Positions 24,291-38,608 of a stretch of DNA of 64,000 bases are shown here, piece by piece. Below the pieces are notes generated by a model. It searched no databases. It was not told where the DNA came from and saw only the letters and a program-made list of their open reading frames with translations. The position numbers and the translations under genes were made by a program. The stretch spans positions 794,445-858,444 of the forward strand of contig NW_002060957.1 in assembly GCF_000150275.1 (NCBI RefSeq), in the 5' to 3' direction. Every line of letters begins with the position of its first letter. Positions within the stretch are counted from its first letter, which is position 1. This stretch comes from Trichoplax adhaerens. Lineage: Eukaryota > Animalia > Placozoa.

Positions 24291-27195
24291 CTATATATCA
24301 GGATTGTCATCTAATATTAAAGATTCTTGAGGTTCTTTGTAGCTTTCATAAACTGCCTTAGCTGTCAATAGTGTTATAGGAACCATACTAGCTATGCTTA
24401 TGCCCATAAAGATGTAGTTATATGCATATGAGGTTTCTATAATAGCAGATGAGCTAAAGGGTAATGCAATATAGTTAAATATAATAAGGCCAATAGAAAA
24501 TAACGTTTCCACATGAGTAAGTAAGTTGACGGCTAGGTATGGGTGTTTCTAGAATATAGGAGGAAAAACGATAATTTTATTGATTTACATACCAGTCGAA
24601 CATAAGAAAAAATGAGAAATACAAATGTCTACGATAAATTCGGCAATCGATTGTAGAAAATTAATTTTGAAGATACTGTATATGTTGAAATGCATTTTTA
24701 AGAATCTTTTAATCCGACTAACCAATACGGTGCTTTTCGTTGTTTGAATTGCATATCCAATTCTAGATGAGGTATAAGCCTAGCATAAACGCAAAGTATT
24801 TTATCGTTAGTAACATAATTTGATTGATACTTAGTTGCAGCCTTATTTTTTTTAACAATGATAGTTTACCATTGCGCCAGCCATCAATGCAATGTAACCA
24901 TATGTGGAAAAATTCATAATAGCAACCATAAATGCGGCAATTCCACTTGCAAGAAGACCTGATACTAGGATTCCAACATTGATAGGATCGCTGTACTCTG
25001 CAATGTTCTGATCATCAGCTGGAAACCGAGATGCATCTATTGCTAGCATGGAAGTTACAAATCCAATTATGATAAAGGCTGCCTGACATAGGGTTAATAC
25101 AGTAAAGTCAGCTCTAGACCATTCCGAATCTTGAATGTTGTTGACATAATGGACTAAGGTCTGAACAAGCACAACCATACCAGACAGACTAACGCCGGAA
25201 GCAAGCGTGGCAAAGACCCTATACCACACATTCTGTCATTTTGAAAGACAAATCATAAGAAAATATGCCACCTTAATTACAAATATAGCGTATATTCTAT
25301 TCATACTAGTGTTCAGAAAATCTTATCTCTGAGCCTGGCTACGTCGCTACTGCTTAGTGAATATATTCGTACATGTACGGGCATAGTCGCGAACGTAGCA
25401 AATTTGTTGTTTTACTCCAGACTATACTGAGATTTTTCAACTTACCATTTCGTCCGTGTTCTTTTTATGAGTAATTAAGCCAAGTATTCCTGTAACAAAA
25501 ATCTGCAATGGAATTCCAAATTAAAAGAAATAGCTGATACATTTACTACAGTCTTTTTCATTATCATCATCCAATGAATAATTATTTATAGAACGTTATC
25601 ATACAAACTAAATTAATATCACACGGTTTCTGCTTAAACAACCCATTTAAGGCCTATAGAACTTACCACAACACCTTGGAAATGTAGAGAGATGACAGAA
25701 AAATTGAAGAAACGTTCTGAAAATATTGCTAAACCAAGACCGTAAATGATTCCACCAGTAATGATCATAACGATGGATAGGGGAAACTTGCTAATACCTC
25801 TATGCGATTGTTGACCTTCCTGAGAGGATAATAGCTTACCTTGTTTAACAACTATCACGAGTGAGACAAAGTCTATAACTAACGTCGAAGCTATCTGAAA
25901 TCCGGTGGGCATTGAATATCGAATTTGGTTATAGTCGTTTTCAAATAAATCAATAAAGAGTCTGGCTGTGCTTGCAGACGATATTACGGCGGACATGATA
26001 CTTAGTGATAATAAAGAGGCAGCCTAAGAATAAATATTGCAATTAGTCTCATCACTATTATTGAAGATTGATAATACCAATTCTTTAATCGGATCATTTT
26101 GATATAATTGACAAGTTTAACCGAGCTCATTAACTCCTATTAAGCCTCAATACCGTTTTATACCTACATTTTGTGATATCATTTGTAGGATTAATGTTTA
26201 AATCATGTATCAGTATGCTATAGCGTGTATTGACTGGTTCATTATGCGTCGAAAAAATGATGGCTAGTTAATTTATCTTACAAGGTGACAAAGTAAGCAT
26301 CTAGTTTAAGTGTTTACGGATGGAACTTTGATAGGAGTGTGTTCCACAAATCAATAGTGACGTATTTCACTTTAGATGATGAAATAATATTGAATTGTTA
26401 TTGAAGCAACTATTGGGCAAACAAATTTTCATATTTAGTGTTAAATACATTTTAAAAGAAGTGAAAGCCATAAAACGCATGGATATTCCTTCAGCTCTAA
26501 ATCGCAAACGGCTTCAGCATGCCGCAACAGTTAAACTAGAATTAAGCAAGTCTGAGCCGAGCATGTTCATAAACTCTATACTAATTTACCTTCTAGCATT
26601 AATTAATATTCAATACTTATAAATTTCATGATATCAAATACACGCAGTTTTTTTTATGATTCCGAAAGGTCCATCAACTTACTTCAGAAGGTGACGTCAT
26701 AGTTAGATCTCGGACTCGCAATAAAAAAATACCAAGAACAATTGCCTAGTCAAATTAAAGTTAATACAATAATTAGCCATCTTGTATAACGTGAGATGAA
26801 CAGTAAATTGAAAGGAAAGTAACGATTTCAACATCTTTGTATTTCATAGTGAAGCACTTTCAAAGCTAGAAAATGTCGCTAAGATGGAGTAATGCAATGA
26901 TAATAGTAATTAATTCTTGGTAAAAGAAGAATGGAGAAAATGGCAAGTCGGGAGCTCATGACTGTAAATTAATGATTGCAGAAGGACTGTAGCTAGTATG
27001 ACGATTAATATTCTAAAGTGATTCACGTAGGACTAGATAACTCACAAAGTTGGCAGACCAAGCTGGGTCAAACAACAGTGGGCTAATGTATATTTTAAAC
27101 ATAGCAGCATTGAGAGAATAGGATGTAATTCCTGTTCCAATCGTTGCTAAAGCAAAGAAAATTAATATTCCGCCAAATAGTCGTCCAGAAGCCAT
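24291..27195 (-). CDS. Multi-pass membrane protein, ~434 aa, three tandem MS4A/CD20-like 4-TM modules (paralog B)
   Basis: Exons 27195-27046, 26745-26683, 26023-25667, 25502-25446, 25232-24870, 24779-24723, 24548-24291. Sizes 150/63/357/57/363/57/258 mirror paralog A (150/63/366/57/384/57/258). Shared motifs: FDPxWSA, FSVISxHFxGV, RADFTVLxLxQ, SGLLAxGIA, FMGISIxSMxP. Confidence 0.85.
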
Positions 27196-30100
27196 TATTC
27201 ATCAACACAAATACGTGACCAGCAAACCTATGGCCAAAAGATTATCAGAAAAACTTTCACTATAATTAACGATTCACTTTCTTCTCGCTGTCAGAAGCCT
27301 ATCATCATTGTAAATGAATTTCTTCACAACTTACAGTCAAGTTCAATAATTTTTTATCCAAACTTTCAACTTGAATTACTAAAGCACGGCTGTCGGTAGT
27401 AACCTACTACAAAAGTTGAAAATAGAGTTCTCTAATGGCTGTTGTTAATTTGATTTACCAATCTATTCAATATATAGAGTAAGGGTCTACGAAAGCTGAT
27501 ACTATCATATCAACAGAAGAAAATTCGTTGAGTAGATGAGCAAAATTGCATACTTTAATAGTGTAATTTAACTTGGATTAGTTCCTGAAAGATATTAAGA
27601 CCCTTCATGAAGTGAACAAACAATTAACTCGATAGATACGACTAGATAGCATTATCTACTAGTTAGCCAATACATTGTCTGTGATGAATGATAACGACGC
27701 TCGAACAAAATAATACAAAGAAAACTGTTAGCCAATAGCTTGGCTTAAATATGATGTCATAGTTTGTCCCATTAATTACAGCCCGTACATATTTACCTGT
27801 TCAGTAATACCGGACTTGGTGTTAGCCTTTATACCTCCTATAATACTGAATTAAACTAGTAGCGAACGACTAGGATAAGTATAGAAAATCAATTCTCTTT
27901 TCCTAGATAAAGAATGCTAGAGATCATAGAATCTCTCATAGACACCACCTAGTTAGTAATAAGCGTCTTATTCTTAGATCATAGGCAAAAATCTGCTTTT
28001 CTTTAGAATTAGCTACATGATGTTGGATTAAAAATTCTTAAAGACCCTTTCCATTGGTGAGCCAATCTAGTTTAAACTTTATTATGTAAAGTGCATACTT
28101 GTTAAGAATCATGATATCGAAAAATTGTACCACTAAATTAATATTTTCCATCTGCCCATACATCAATGTCGTAAGTGCCATCCTTTTTCTTTTCGATTAA
28201 GAGGTTAACATGTGGACGTTATCCATGCACTATAGACTTCTGCGGGCTTTAACTTATAGAAGGTGTAGCAAAGCAATTCACTTCAACAGCAAAGCTACGA
28301 TCGAATTCTTTATTCCACAACGAATATAAGGTTGATGCTCAATCAGATGTAATTAATTCATTAATTTAAATTCATCAGGCTATTTGGAGTACGGTAAATT
28401 TTAGATTATAGTCACAATTTACTTAAAATAGGTTCTATGAAATGGCAATTTAGAATACTATGGATTATAAATGACTTTATATACGTATATAGTGAATTAT
28501 ATTTAACGAGGATTCGTTAAGATCTAGGATATTTACGGCTTTGATTTTTGGTATTGTTTATGGAAATAAATACGCTAAATCGAATATCATGTTGCAAATT
28601 CTGGGTTAGGTTGTCACTTAAATAGAAATATGTCTTCATAATAGCTACGATCGATCCTGTAGATTCATAAATAATATAGCGAATGTACTACTAATAAATA
28701 ATACAATCTGAGACATTCTGAACTATTTTTTCAAAACATCAGCAAACACTTAGAGGAATAATTCTTCGACTACTTTTATCGAGTACTGAAATAATTACCT
28801 CAAGCTAATTAGAACTTTAATAATTTGGGATAGACTACTGTTTGCTGAAAACTAAAATTACAATAAAATCCATAAATGAGCCCTTTTAAATTACTGGAGT
28901 ACATTCAAACTAGATAGAAAAGGGATACAATTAAAATTATCTGAGTTCAGTTTACAGGCATTATCAAATAAACATGCCGTAGAAGAGCCTAAAGTTTTGA
29001 TTTTAAGCGACAGATTCGGAGGTCATGTCGGTTTGATGAAAGTCTAGGATATTTTGGGTTGGGTTACAGCTTAATAAAAATATGATACAAGTTATTGAAC
29101 GTAAAAAATGAATTTATATTAGATAAATAACCCAACTTAAGGCATACTGTATCAACATGTATTTCGTTAACATCAGCGATGTCAGGTTAAACTTTAGCTT
29201 TAGATACAGTCATAAGGTTACGGCATCGCCTTAATTAGAGCCTGACAAATTCAGGGCTAAGTGACAGTTTCTGAACTGTGAACTACTGAAGAGCTTCGAA
29301 TAATCTTTTTTTCGCTTACTAATAGCATGCAATTAGCCCATAACTGCATGCAAGATAAAATCCAATATCTTAAAAATACTTATCAGCATCTGCAGCAAAT
29401 GATAAGACATTTTGTTCTCCTATAAGATGTATTCTGAGGGCAATTAATCACACTTATTATAATAAGAAGAATTTACTTAGCTCCTGGTTGGATTATATTC
29501 CTGGAAGCGTAATTACAGTAGTTAAAAACTTGATAAAAATTGCCTATTAACGTATAAACAAGATTAATTTAAGATGTTATCATTTTTTACGAAGAAATAG
29601 TAATCGTTTTAATAGCGATTAGTTTAATTTCAGGATCCAATGAGTATGGGATATATTTAGAAGCGATCAGAAATTATGCCATAAATGAAATCTTAGGCTA
29701 AGGTACCGAATGTATTAGGTCTATCTTAATTGTTGATTAAAAGCCCTTGATGTTGTTTAAAGCTATTCATCCAGCACTTAGAACAGCTCAAATTCTCACT
29801 AAGTAATAAATTAATATCCGTGACTTAATAGTAAATCTTTTTGATACCGTTTTGTAACTAGTACTCAACAACTATGAGATAAGTTTTTAATTCCGACCCG
29901 GTAAGCTCAATATTTCAGAAGAGCATCTCTGCAAAGGGCTATCTAGAAAATTGCATTATAATCTTTTATTGACCAGAAGCAAAAGCTTTTCTAATTTATA
30001 TAAATGATATATGCCTATATAATGTTTAATGATCATGGAATCATGGATCGAGAATGATGTCATAAATATATACTAACAGTCTAGGATGTTTATTAGTGAA

Positions 30101-32801
30101 TATTCTAGCGATATTTAATTGTAAAACCGGAATCTTCGTAAAATTTAATGAACGAGTAAATCAATCTGTCAAGATTGCTCTACTTATGTAAATTGCAATA
30201 TGAAGTAATGCCTCCAACTGTTCTTATTCTCTTGCAACAGCTTCTTAAAGTTTCAATAGCCTTATGCATATTTAACGAGCTAAAGATGAGACAGTAAAAA
30301 TGTGTATTAAATCACCGTTCAACATGTAAATTACTCTGCTATTTTTCAGACATGATTTTTCGAAGACGTAAATGATGTCAAATGTTATTTAATTGCTGTG
30401 AAGTTTCATAACCTAAATGTTAGCGTCACGATCGAGATTGTAATACAGAGGGATAATATTAAATAGGTATACTCTACCTTCGTTAATCAAGTACAACTGC
30501 CTCGTAACTCAATATTTCATAGAATTACCCTTTCAATATTAGTCTTTAAAACTGTATAATCGGTAATACTCTACCTTTTATCCTACGGACAACTTTATGA
30601 TCAACGTGTATACTAGTCTAGTTTACTATTGGCTTTTTAACTTAATTTACACAGTTTAGTCTTAAAATTTTGCATAGATGAATCAAATACTAAACTTGAA
30701 TCAAATGAAGGAAAATCAATGTCGGTTATAAGCCTTTGTGTCGTTTCTCAACTACTATATCGGTTAGCATATTCTGTTGTTATGTTCTAAACTGCCATTT
30801 TCTACACGCAAGATTAATAAATCATCTAAAACCTGTGTAAATGACCGTTATCAAAACTATCGAAACTCTCAGCTTTCAAACATGCAGATAGAGAGCTGAT
30901 TCCCTTTACAAGAACTACCGATGACAAATCGCTATGAAAATTTATATGGTTATCATATTTCATATTTACGATATATGCCATTACATGCAAATCAACCTTA
31001 TTAAAATATGCAGAATAAAAGCATACATTTAATCCAGAAATTTGTAATTAATACCTAAGTTAATTTAGACTTTAAATGTCCAGAATAAATTTAATGAACC
31101 ATAAAATATTTTCAATTAAGGTATTAAGAGTTAAAGTATTTTAAGCCTATGTATTCAAATAAGTTTTCATAATATGGATCTAAAATCAAGACTATCAAAT
31201 GAATATATAAATGTTTATTTCTGAGATACTTATAACCAATCCGTAGCATTAATAAAAAATAGAATCAAAACATTCAAATTAATGACCAGCAATACAGAAT
31301 ATTAATTATGAAAAGGATGAAATTATTTCAAATCTTAAGATAGTCAGCAGAGTTGAAATGTTTCAAAAAGTAACCAGAAATCACCTTATCTTAGAAAGTT
31401 CGTTTCATTCTCTAAATTTTGGTGATAATTAAAATGTAATGAAAAATTTATGTTTTTCAGTGCAAGTGGGTTAAATTTACTTTTAATGATAGATCAGGTC
31501 AACAGCGGCAAAGTGTAGTGCATAACCATAACTAAATTCCAGCTTGCACATAGGTATTTTCGTTAAAATGTACTTTAAGCCTACCTTATTATTAATATGA
31601 TCGCCAACTATACAATATGATCTACTCTCACGAGAGATATAATAAAATCAAACATGATGCATGTGGACCTTAATCAAATCAGTAAAGGTTGAAAATTAAC
31701 GTTACTGCAAAAATTAAATTTTATTCATTATTTCAGATGATACTACAGTAAATAACACAATTTACGTTTTAGAAACTTCTTATAGTAATTTAAAGTTTTA
31801 TGTTACTTTCAGCTAATATGATTTCATGGCTAAAACGTAATATTAAGTCTGCTCCATTAATTCTTTCAGCTAAAATTTTATTCTATACAAGCACTGGTAC
31901 AAGTAGACATAGCAGGTTCATTTGTGATAACGAACGAAAATCATATATGGTAAAATTAATGTGCATAAATATTCGTATGATATCCGGTAATCAGTTTACG
32001 GTATGAGGCTGATCTCTCCCTATCAACATATTACAGACTCAAGGAATAATTATTACAATTAGAGGAAGAGCGTTATGTTTTAAGTTTAATCGATCCATGA
32101 TTGTTTACATGGTGCATGGAAATCAAGCTCTAGCAACTGCAAAAGTTGTAATATTGTGCAATGTATCCTAAATTATCATTCGCTTCAACATTTATATTAA
32201 CTTCTATCACATTAGAATTACACGTATATTTAATATATTGCTGCTATATTAGCTACTGACATTGCCTTTCAGAATTAATGTTAATCAATAATATTCTGAA
32301 TATTGTACTAAAGGAAATTTTTAGCGGATTACGTCTTACTTCGTAAACTGTAAAGCAACATAAAAATTAATATATTTACTATGGCCAAAAACTGTCCTCT
32401 AACCGTACTTCTTTATTTCTATTTTATTCATAGATCTGTGGGTAATGTTATTTTAAGCTATTAATTCTGCTTTCGCTGTATTAACAACTATCTGTTAAAA
32501 GATGCTGGATCGATCTAATGCACTGCTTTTTCTCAATGGACTTGTTAATCTGTGTTGGCTTCTCTTATATAGCTAGAATATGCTCTTAATCAAACTAATA
32601 ATTATAATCATGCTAATGATTAATATCATTTTTTGAATAGAGGTAATAATTGTATAATAAGTAAGAGGAAGATTGTTTTAATAAAAATTTATATACGAAG
32701 TTGCATTGTCTAATGAGTACAGTATGAAAGTAGCGCATTCAGCTATAATATCAAAACAACCCCTATAGCTGTTTAAGACAGGTTATTAAGTTTGTCCATG
32801 C

Positions 32802-33211
32802 ATTTGCTGCCTAGTCAAGTTATAACTCGTCCGCTGGCAACGATGAATTATAAGCTGACTAATCAACTTATAAATTGACATATTACCAAGTCAGTTCATA
32901 AACTATGGCCCATATATTCCGCCGTTTATAAAGTACCGAAGCAATATTAGCTGTATCATGCACTGATGTCGAATATCACCCAGTACATTCGGCCGTTTTT
33001 AGACCGATGCTTGTAATCAAATATCAGATACGAACTGACTTGTTGATACATCAGTTTATAAGTTGACAGTGGCTTTGCAGTTTATGAACGGCAAAATTTA
33101 TGGGCCACAGTTTATAAACTGACTGTGCGATACGTCAATTCATAAGTCGACTAGTCACTTTATAACCTATCATTGCCAGCGGACCAGTTATAACTTGACT
33201 ACCCAGCGAAT
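32802..33211. mobile_element. MITE-like ~410-bp element with ~140-bp imperfect inverted arms
   Basis: The left arm tagtcaagttataact-gtccgctggcaa...aaactatggcccata..tccgccgtttataaa is the reverse complement of the right arm tttatgaacggc..tatgggccacagttt...ttgccagcggac-agttataacttgacta. Confidence 0.75.
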
Positions 33212-34665
33212 AAATAGACTAGCAGAATAACCAGTCTGTAGCAATTGATAAGTCATTTTTGATAGCTCTTGTTAACAGATGTTAATTGTATAGTAGCATA
33301 GTAATAGGTAGGTTTTAATCATCTAAATTTGGAAATCAGCTAATAGTAAAGATCAAAATCTATTAATAGTTAATATAATAGTCTTTTAATTAGCATTAAT
33401 TAACTACCATTAATATCTTAGTTAGCTAACTAAATATTTAATATATGTATGAAATAATGCTAATTTCTTAGTGACAATTAAGAACAATGAAGGATTAATA
33501 GTGAGCTATAACCACTTTACTACTATTAATGCTTGTATGCTACTAAGTGACTGCAATGTAAATGCATCACAATGTCCTATCACCCAATATGGAAATTCGG
33601 AAATATGCCTATGAATATGCTCTGATTTTATTATCAGTATGTCTTCAATACTAGAGTAGTAGACCATGAAGTTGTTGTGGTGTAATATAAGCAAATTACA
33701 AAGTGCTACTAATAGCCTCACTGAAAAGTTTTTACTGGTCAAAATCCTTTATTTCGCCGTATGGATAACCAAAAATTAATCGCGCGTTACTTTTGAGATT
33801 GAGTCTTAGCTCATCGCAAATATTCGTAAACCAACAAATTATCATACTCTAGCTACACCAGTATTCATTAATTGTTAGTAACGCTAATTTTAGTAAATAA
33901 AGGAAATTATCAGCAACTGTATTCTTACTACAGATACACAACGATAAATTACTTTGTATGTTATATAATAAAATTTCAACTCTTTCTTTAACGGGAAATA
34001 TAGCTAAGATACAGTATCTTAAAAATAATGTATCGAATATTCATTTCTTTTTTACTCTACGTTATTGCATGCATTAGCTCTTTATCAATCTAATCTGAAA
34101 GCAAAATCTATTTCGGGCCTGCACTGCAACAAATCAAACAGGATCCCTATATTTGAGTGCTCCAGCAGTTGCAGCTGTTATAGATTACATGAGTTCATCG
34201 TTAGTATTATTGACAAATGTCAATCGGAACGCTTATAAAAACAAAATGATTCTCGTATGATAACATATCTGTTTAATCGCTTTATTCAGAAAAATAGTTC
34301 ACTCAATATCTGTTTTTTTTCTTTCCTAATCATAATCATATAAGCCTATGTCAAATAAATCGTTATTAATAATCCGTTCGTTACTAGACGAATCGCCCAT
34401 CATACAGCATTACCCAATTAAAAGATTTATTCATACACTAGTCATTTTTAGCAAAGAATTAGATAAACCAGCTATAATCTACTACAGCACAGGATAGAAT
34501 ATTTGATATTATATTAGTTATTAATGTAATGTATTAAACTAGCAACCACTCAGTAGTTGATACTACGTACGTCTTATCAGAGCGCTATCTACAGAGATGC
34601 AGCAAACAACTTGTTAAATTTAAGAATTAGTGAAACAATGAATGTTTTATCAAAAGTTAAAATAA

Positions 34666-37600
34666 CTATACATTTCCATTGATATTAGCCATCCAAACTT
34701 CTAAATCGCACATATATGCTTTCATTCCTCTAATTTCGTCCTCATCAAACAAAAACCCGTAAAGGAACATTGTCATCGCAATTGTGAAGAAGAGTGGACA
34801 AGCAACGATAACAGCAAGCTTTATCCATTCGTTATCAGATGAATGATAATTGATGATGCCAGAAAGGATTGCTAGTGCTAAAGACAAAACAACCAGGAGA
34901 CAACGATGAAAATGCCTGAAATTGGCAATTTTTACATTGTCGTCTAAAATAGCATGAGTTTCCTGCAATACTTGCATCGTTTCCGTCGGATCCCCTATAA
35001 AATGTAAACGGAAAAAGATGCACGTTAGAATTAGCGATAAATACTCTAGCAATATTGCGACATAAAAATTTATAATCGTTAAATTAGTAAAGATCCGTTC
35101 ATTGGCATGTTGCAACAGCATAACTATGATAGAACCTACCAGCCATATCTTGACGTTGTCTCAATCTTCTAGCATTTAATTGAAAAGTAGCTTCTACACC
35201 TTCGTGGTCAGAATAGTTAAAGGCTGCATCTGGAATTCTGCCTAGAGTGACTTGACAAGCTTGACTTTTCAAATGGTCACCACTATATAGAATGTAATCG
35301 ATTCGCTTCTCAATTTCATTTGCGGGAGTAAAGGAATTTGTCTTTGCAGCACAGGTAAACCCACTCATCTGCTATATAGAGCAAATAAAGCAACGGGCGT
35401 CAATATCACTTTGTATATTTTCAGAACAACTACACCCGGCAATTTCCTACAGTGGTAACGTTTAACGAGTCGGAATAATCAATATTATTTCTAGTATACA
35501 ACATTACCCCATCACCAGCCTCGAGCCATGCATCTTTAAGATCCAGCGAAGTAGTAATAAATCGATAGCCAATGTCTTCAGGCTCAAAATTTAAATCACC
35601 AATTAAAATTACCGGGCTATTACCTGCAGTAAATCGTATTAACTGGCTCAATTGTACGATTTCAGTAACCCGATGAGGCAAGTAAACGTCATTATCTCGA
35701 TTATATTCGGCATGGATCTAATCAAGGCAAGGAATAATAGGCAGCATTAATGACTATGTGTAATTTTATCCAAGCAAGTTATCGAAATTTGCGATTCATA
35801 CATTCAATATGGCAATTGTTTCAGAAGTAATGGCAAGATGAACTCAATCTTACATGTGTTACATAGACATTTAATATGGTGCCATTGACATCAATTTTAC
35901 AAAATCCCACGCCCTTTTTGCCAAGCCAATCGCCATGGTTTAGTGCATACGGATAACCACTTAGTGTGTATGCGGTAAAAGAGGTTGCAACAATAGGAAA
36001 ACGTGAAAAGATACACTTGCCACTTCCAATTTTTCCACTGTAATAGGCCAAAATGAAATTGATTTAGTCATCTGAAATTTGTAATTTGCAGTTACAGTAT
36101 ATATTATCGACGTACGTCGCAAATTTAAAACTATTTTAATGAGACAAAGTACCTATAAAAGTAATGAGAGTGAGGGAAGACAGCTTTGAGAGCAACCTTT
36201 AATGCTTCATAATTTTTGATGAGCCATACCTAAAGTATTTAAAATGTTACAAAATATAATCATATCTTGTCATAAAGAGATCTATCAGCTGATTTTAAAG
36301 CGATAGTCTAAATACAAACTTCTGACATTAGCTGTTACCACTAATCATGCCCGTACTGGTAAACACGAAATATATTGTACTCGTATTTATGATTTTGATT
36401 TATTGCATATACAGTTGGTCTAAGTGATGCATAATCACATGCGTGCATAATTCGTTTAGAATATTTTACGCTAATAGTAAAAATAAATTTTTGAAACCTC
36501 TTGCAATCCAATAATGTCATAATCGCTTTGTCGTAACGCTTCAGCAAGGTACTTGAATCTTTCATCGCGATGTGGCGAAAGCGAAGACAATGGTAGACCC
36601 CTATAAAATGAATGGAATACATAGGTGTTAAGTAATAAGCTTGTATAAATAAATTTATTTGGCCATTATGAGGTACGCTTGAATCCACTAAGAGCGTAGA
36701 ACACGCAATGTAACAAGTGAGCACTAATTGTAACTTTCATCCACTATCATCACGGTGTTATGTAGACACTAAACAATCTCTAACAGTAAATCGGAATCTG
36801 CTAAATCATTATTATCCCAAGCGAATACAAATCTAATCAATTAATATTAAGAGGGCACTTTGCATAATTGCTGTTCTTATCTAGTACGGTGCCAGTTGTG
36901 AATGCTGATAAAGATTCATTGCTTGTGGAGTTGTGGTTCATGTATAGCTTGATCAAGACAATATAGAATTAATTAATTGCTGTATAGGCAAATACTGCAC
37001 CAGTATAGTATTGTCATAAGAGTACGCATATTGTTTTATTTTAGTTATCATCCAAAAGATTTGTACATGAACTAGCAGCTGTACTGTGCGAAAAAGATCG
37101 GGGACCGACGATCTAAACTACTATACAACATGACTCTGTTGTCGGACAGAACTATGGTCAGAACACAACGATGTGCATACCACTTACGCTGAAGAGGAAA
37201 CGGATCAACAGTAATATCAGACTCCTACGAGGAAATTACTAGTTGGCAGCTGCCTACACTGTCATGATAACGATTTGGGATGAAGTCTTGATACACCATT
37301 GGAGTTATCAAGGCAGTTTCCATTATTGATGGTATCAGTGATTACAAATTGACCTTAGGAGATTGTTCAACTCGATTTTGCAGCATGAGAGTCTATGCGG
37401 ATACATTAGACTGGTTCAATATGTGATATATGACATGGCCAATTCTACTGTAATGTAGTCTTTCCATAGTGGTCATTGTCAATACAAAAAGCGATAATAC
37501 GCTATCTTGTACGAACAGCAGCACCAGAGCTGCTGTAGAGAGTTTTTCGTACATCGATCACTGCATCTACTGTGCTCTGCTATAACATGGCATACTGTAA

Positions 37601-37800
37601 TAACTGTCAAAGGATAAACTGCAATATTCGATAATACTGTCGATAATTAATATTACAGAAATGGATTACTGCCATTGCAACGATGCACGTTAATCGTACA
37701 TTGTATTAGCACCAAGAGAGCTAAAAATTGGAAAAATGGTGAAAATGCAATCTACGTAGACTTACCAACAGTTCAAAGTTAGAACGCGCAGTTGAACCAT
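34666..37800 (-). CDS. SMPD2: Neutral sphingomyelinase 1 / ISC1-like (EEP fold, two C-terminal TM helices), ~388 aa
   Basis: Exons 37800-37766, 36600-36498, 36229-36153, 36037-35854, 35717-35508, 35368-35140, 34994-34666. Motifs LRVLTLNCWG, YDIIGLQEVW, GSGKCIFSRFPI, HGDWLGKKGVG, THIHAEY, GDLN, KRIDYILY and SDHEGVEA. Confidence 0.92.
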
Positions 37801-38522
37801 ATCGTGTAGCTAGGAGAGTTTACAAGTTCAAAATAATGCAATATCAATCTTGTAATTTTTCACTGTTTTCAATTCAATGCACAGCGATCAAAATGAACTA
37901 GATACAGTCCTTCAGACCGTAGATATGCAGCCTGCCCGTACCTTTGAGAAGCTTGCCTATTGTCCTTTTCGGATTATGCAAAGTTGCCCAGGTAATGAAA
38001 AGCATTGGGTGTACAGTAGCCCGTACTTCGTTTGGTACAGTAGCCACTGTAAATACCACATGACTAGGCATTAACGGGGATGTAAAGGCAATAACGCCCA
38101 GCTAGGTGTATGCAAAGCAAATAAACCAAGTTTTGCTCATGGAATAATCAATATATGCTGGAGTATCTACGAGGGCAATTGCAAACGGCGATATGGTAAT
38201 CGACGTGTGCAATTCCCTGCAGCCATATTACTTGACCCCAAAGCGTGATATCTCTATGTCCATGGTACAAGCTTTCATAATACTACAGTGCCCACTTAAA
38301 CAGCCAACCAATCAGATGGGAGAGATCGCCGACCCACCAACACACAGATAAAAACGGACCACATAATTTTGGGAGAAAATTACTGATTTGCCACTGTACA
38401 GTGTACAGTACAGTACAGTATAATTTAATTTCATATTTACCAATATGCCATTTTAATTTCAGTATAAATTATGCAATCTGCGATAGGATAGTAATTTATA
38501 CAGTATATACAGTACTGTAAGG

Positions 38523-38608
38523 TATATAAGAAGAGAAGTGGAAGAAGAAGATAAGATAGATAGATAGATAGAAGATAAGAAGAATATGATAGATAAATAG
38601 ATAGATAA
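38523..38608 (+). repeat. Purine-rich low-complexity tract with (GATA)n
   Basis: aagaagaagataagatagatagatagatagaagataagaagaatatgatagataaatagatagata. Confidence 0.8.

Noticed and set aside
27400-32800. Hidden gene in the long intergenic stretch (also 6.8-12.4 kb and 45.6-50.0 kb)
   Set aside because: Only short AT-rich ORFs without motifs or consistent splice chains; small exons cannot be excluded by eye.
36341-36724. 127-aa minus-strand ORF
   Set aside because: Overlaps SMPD2 exon 2 in a different frame; the rest is intron.
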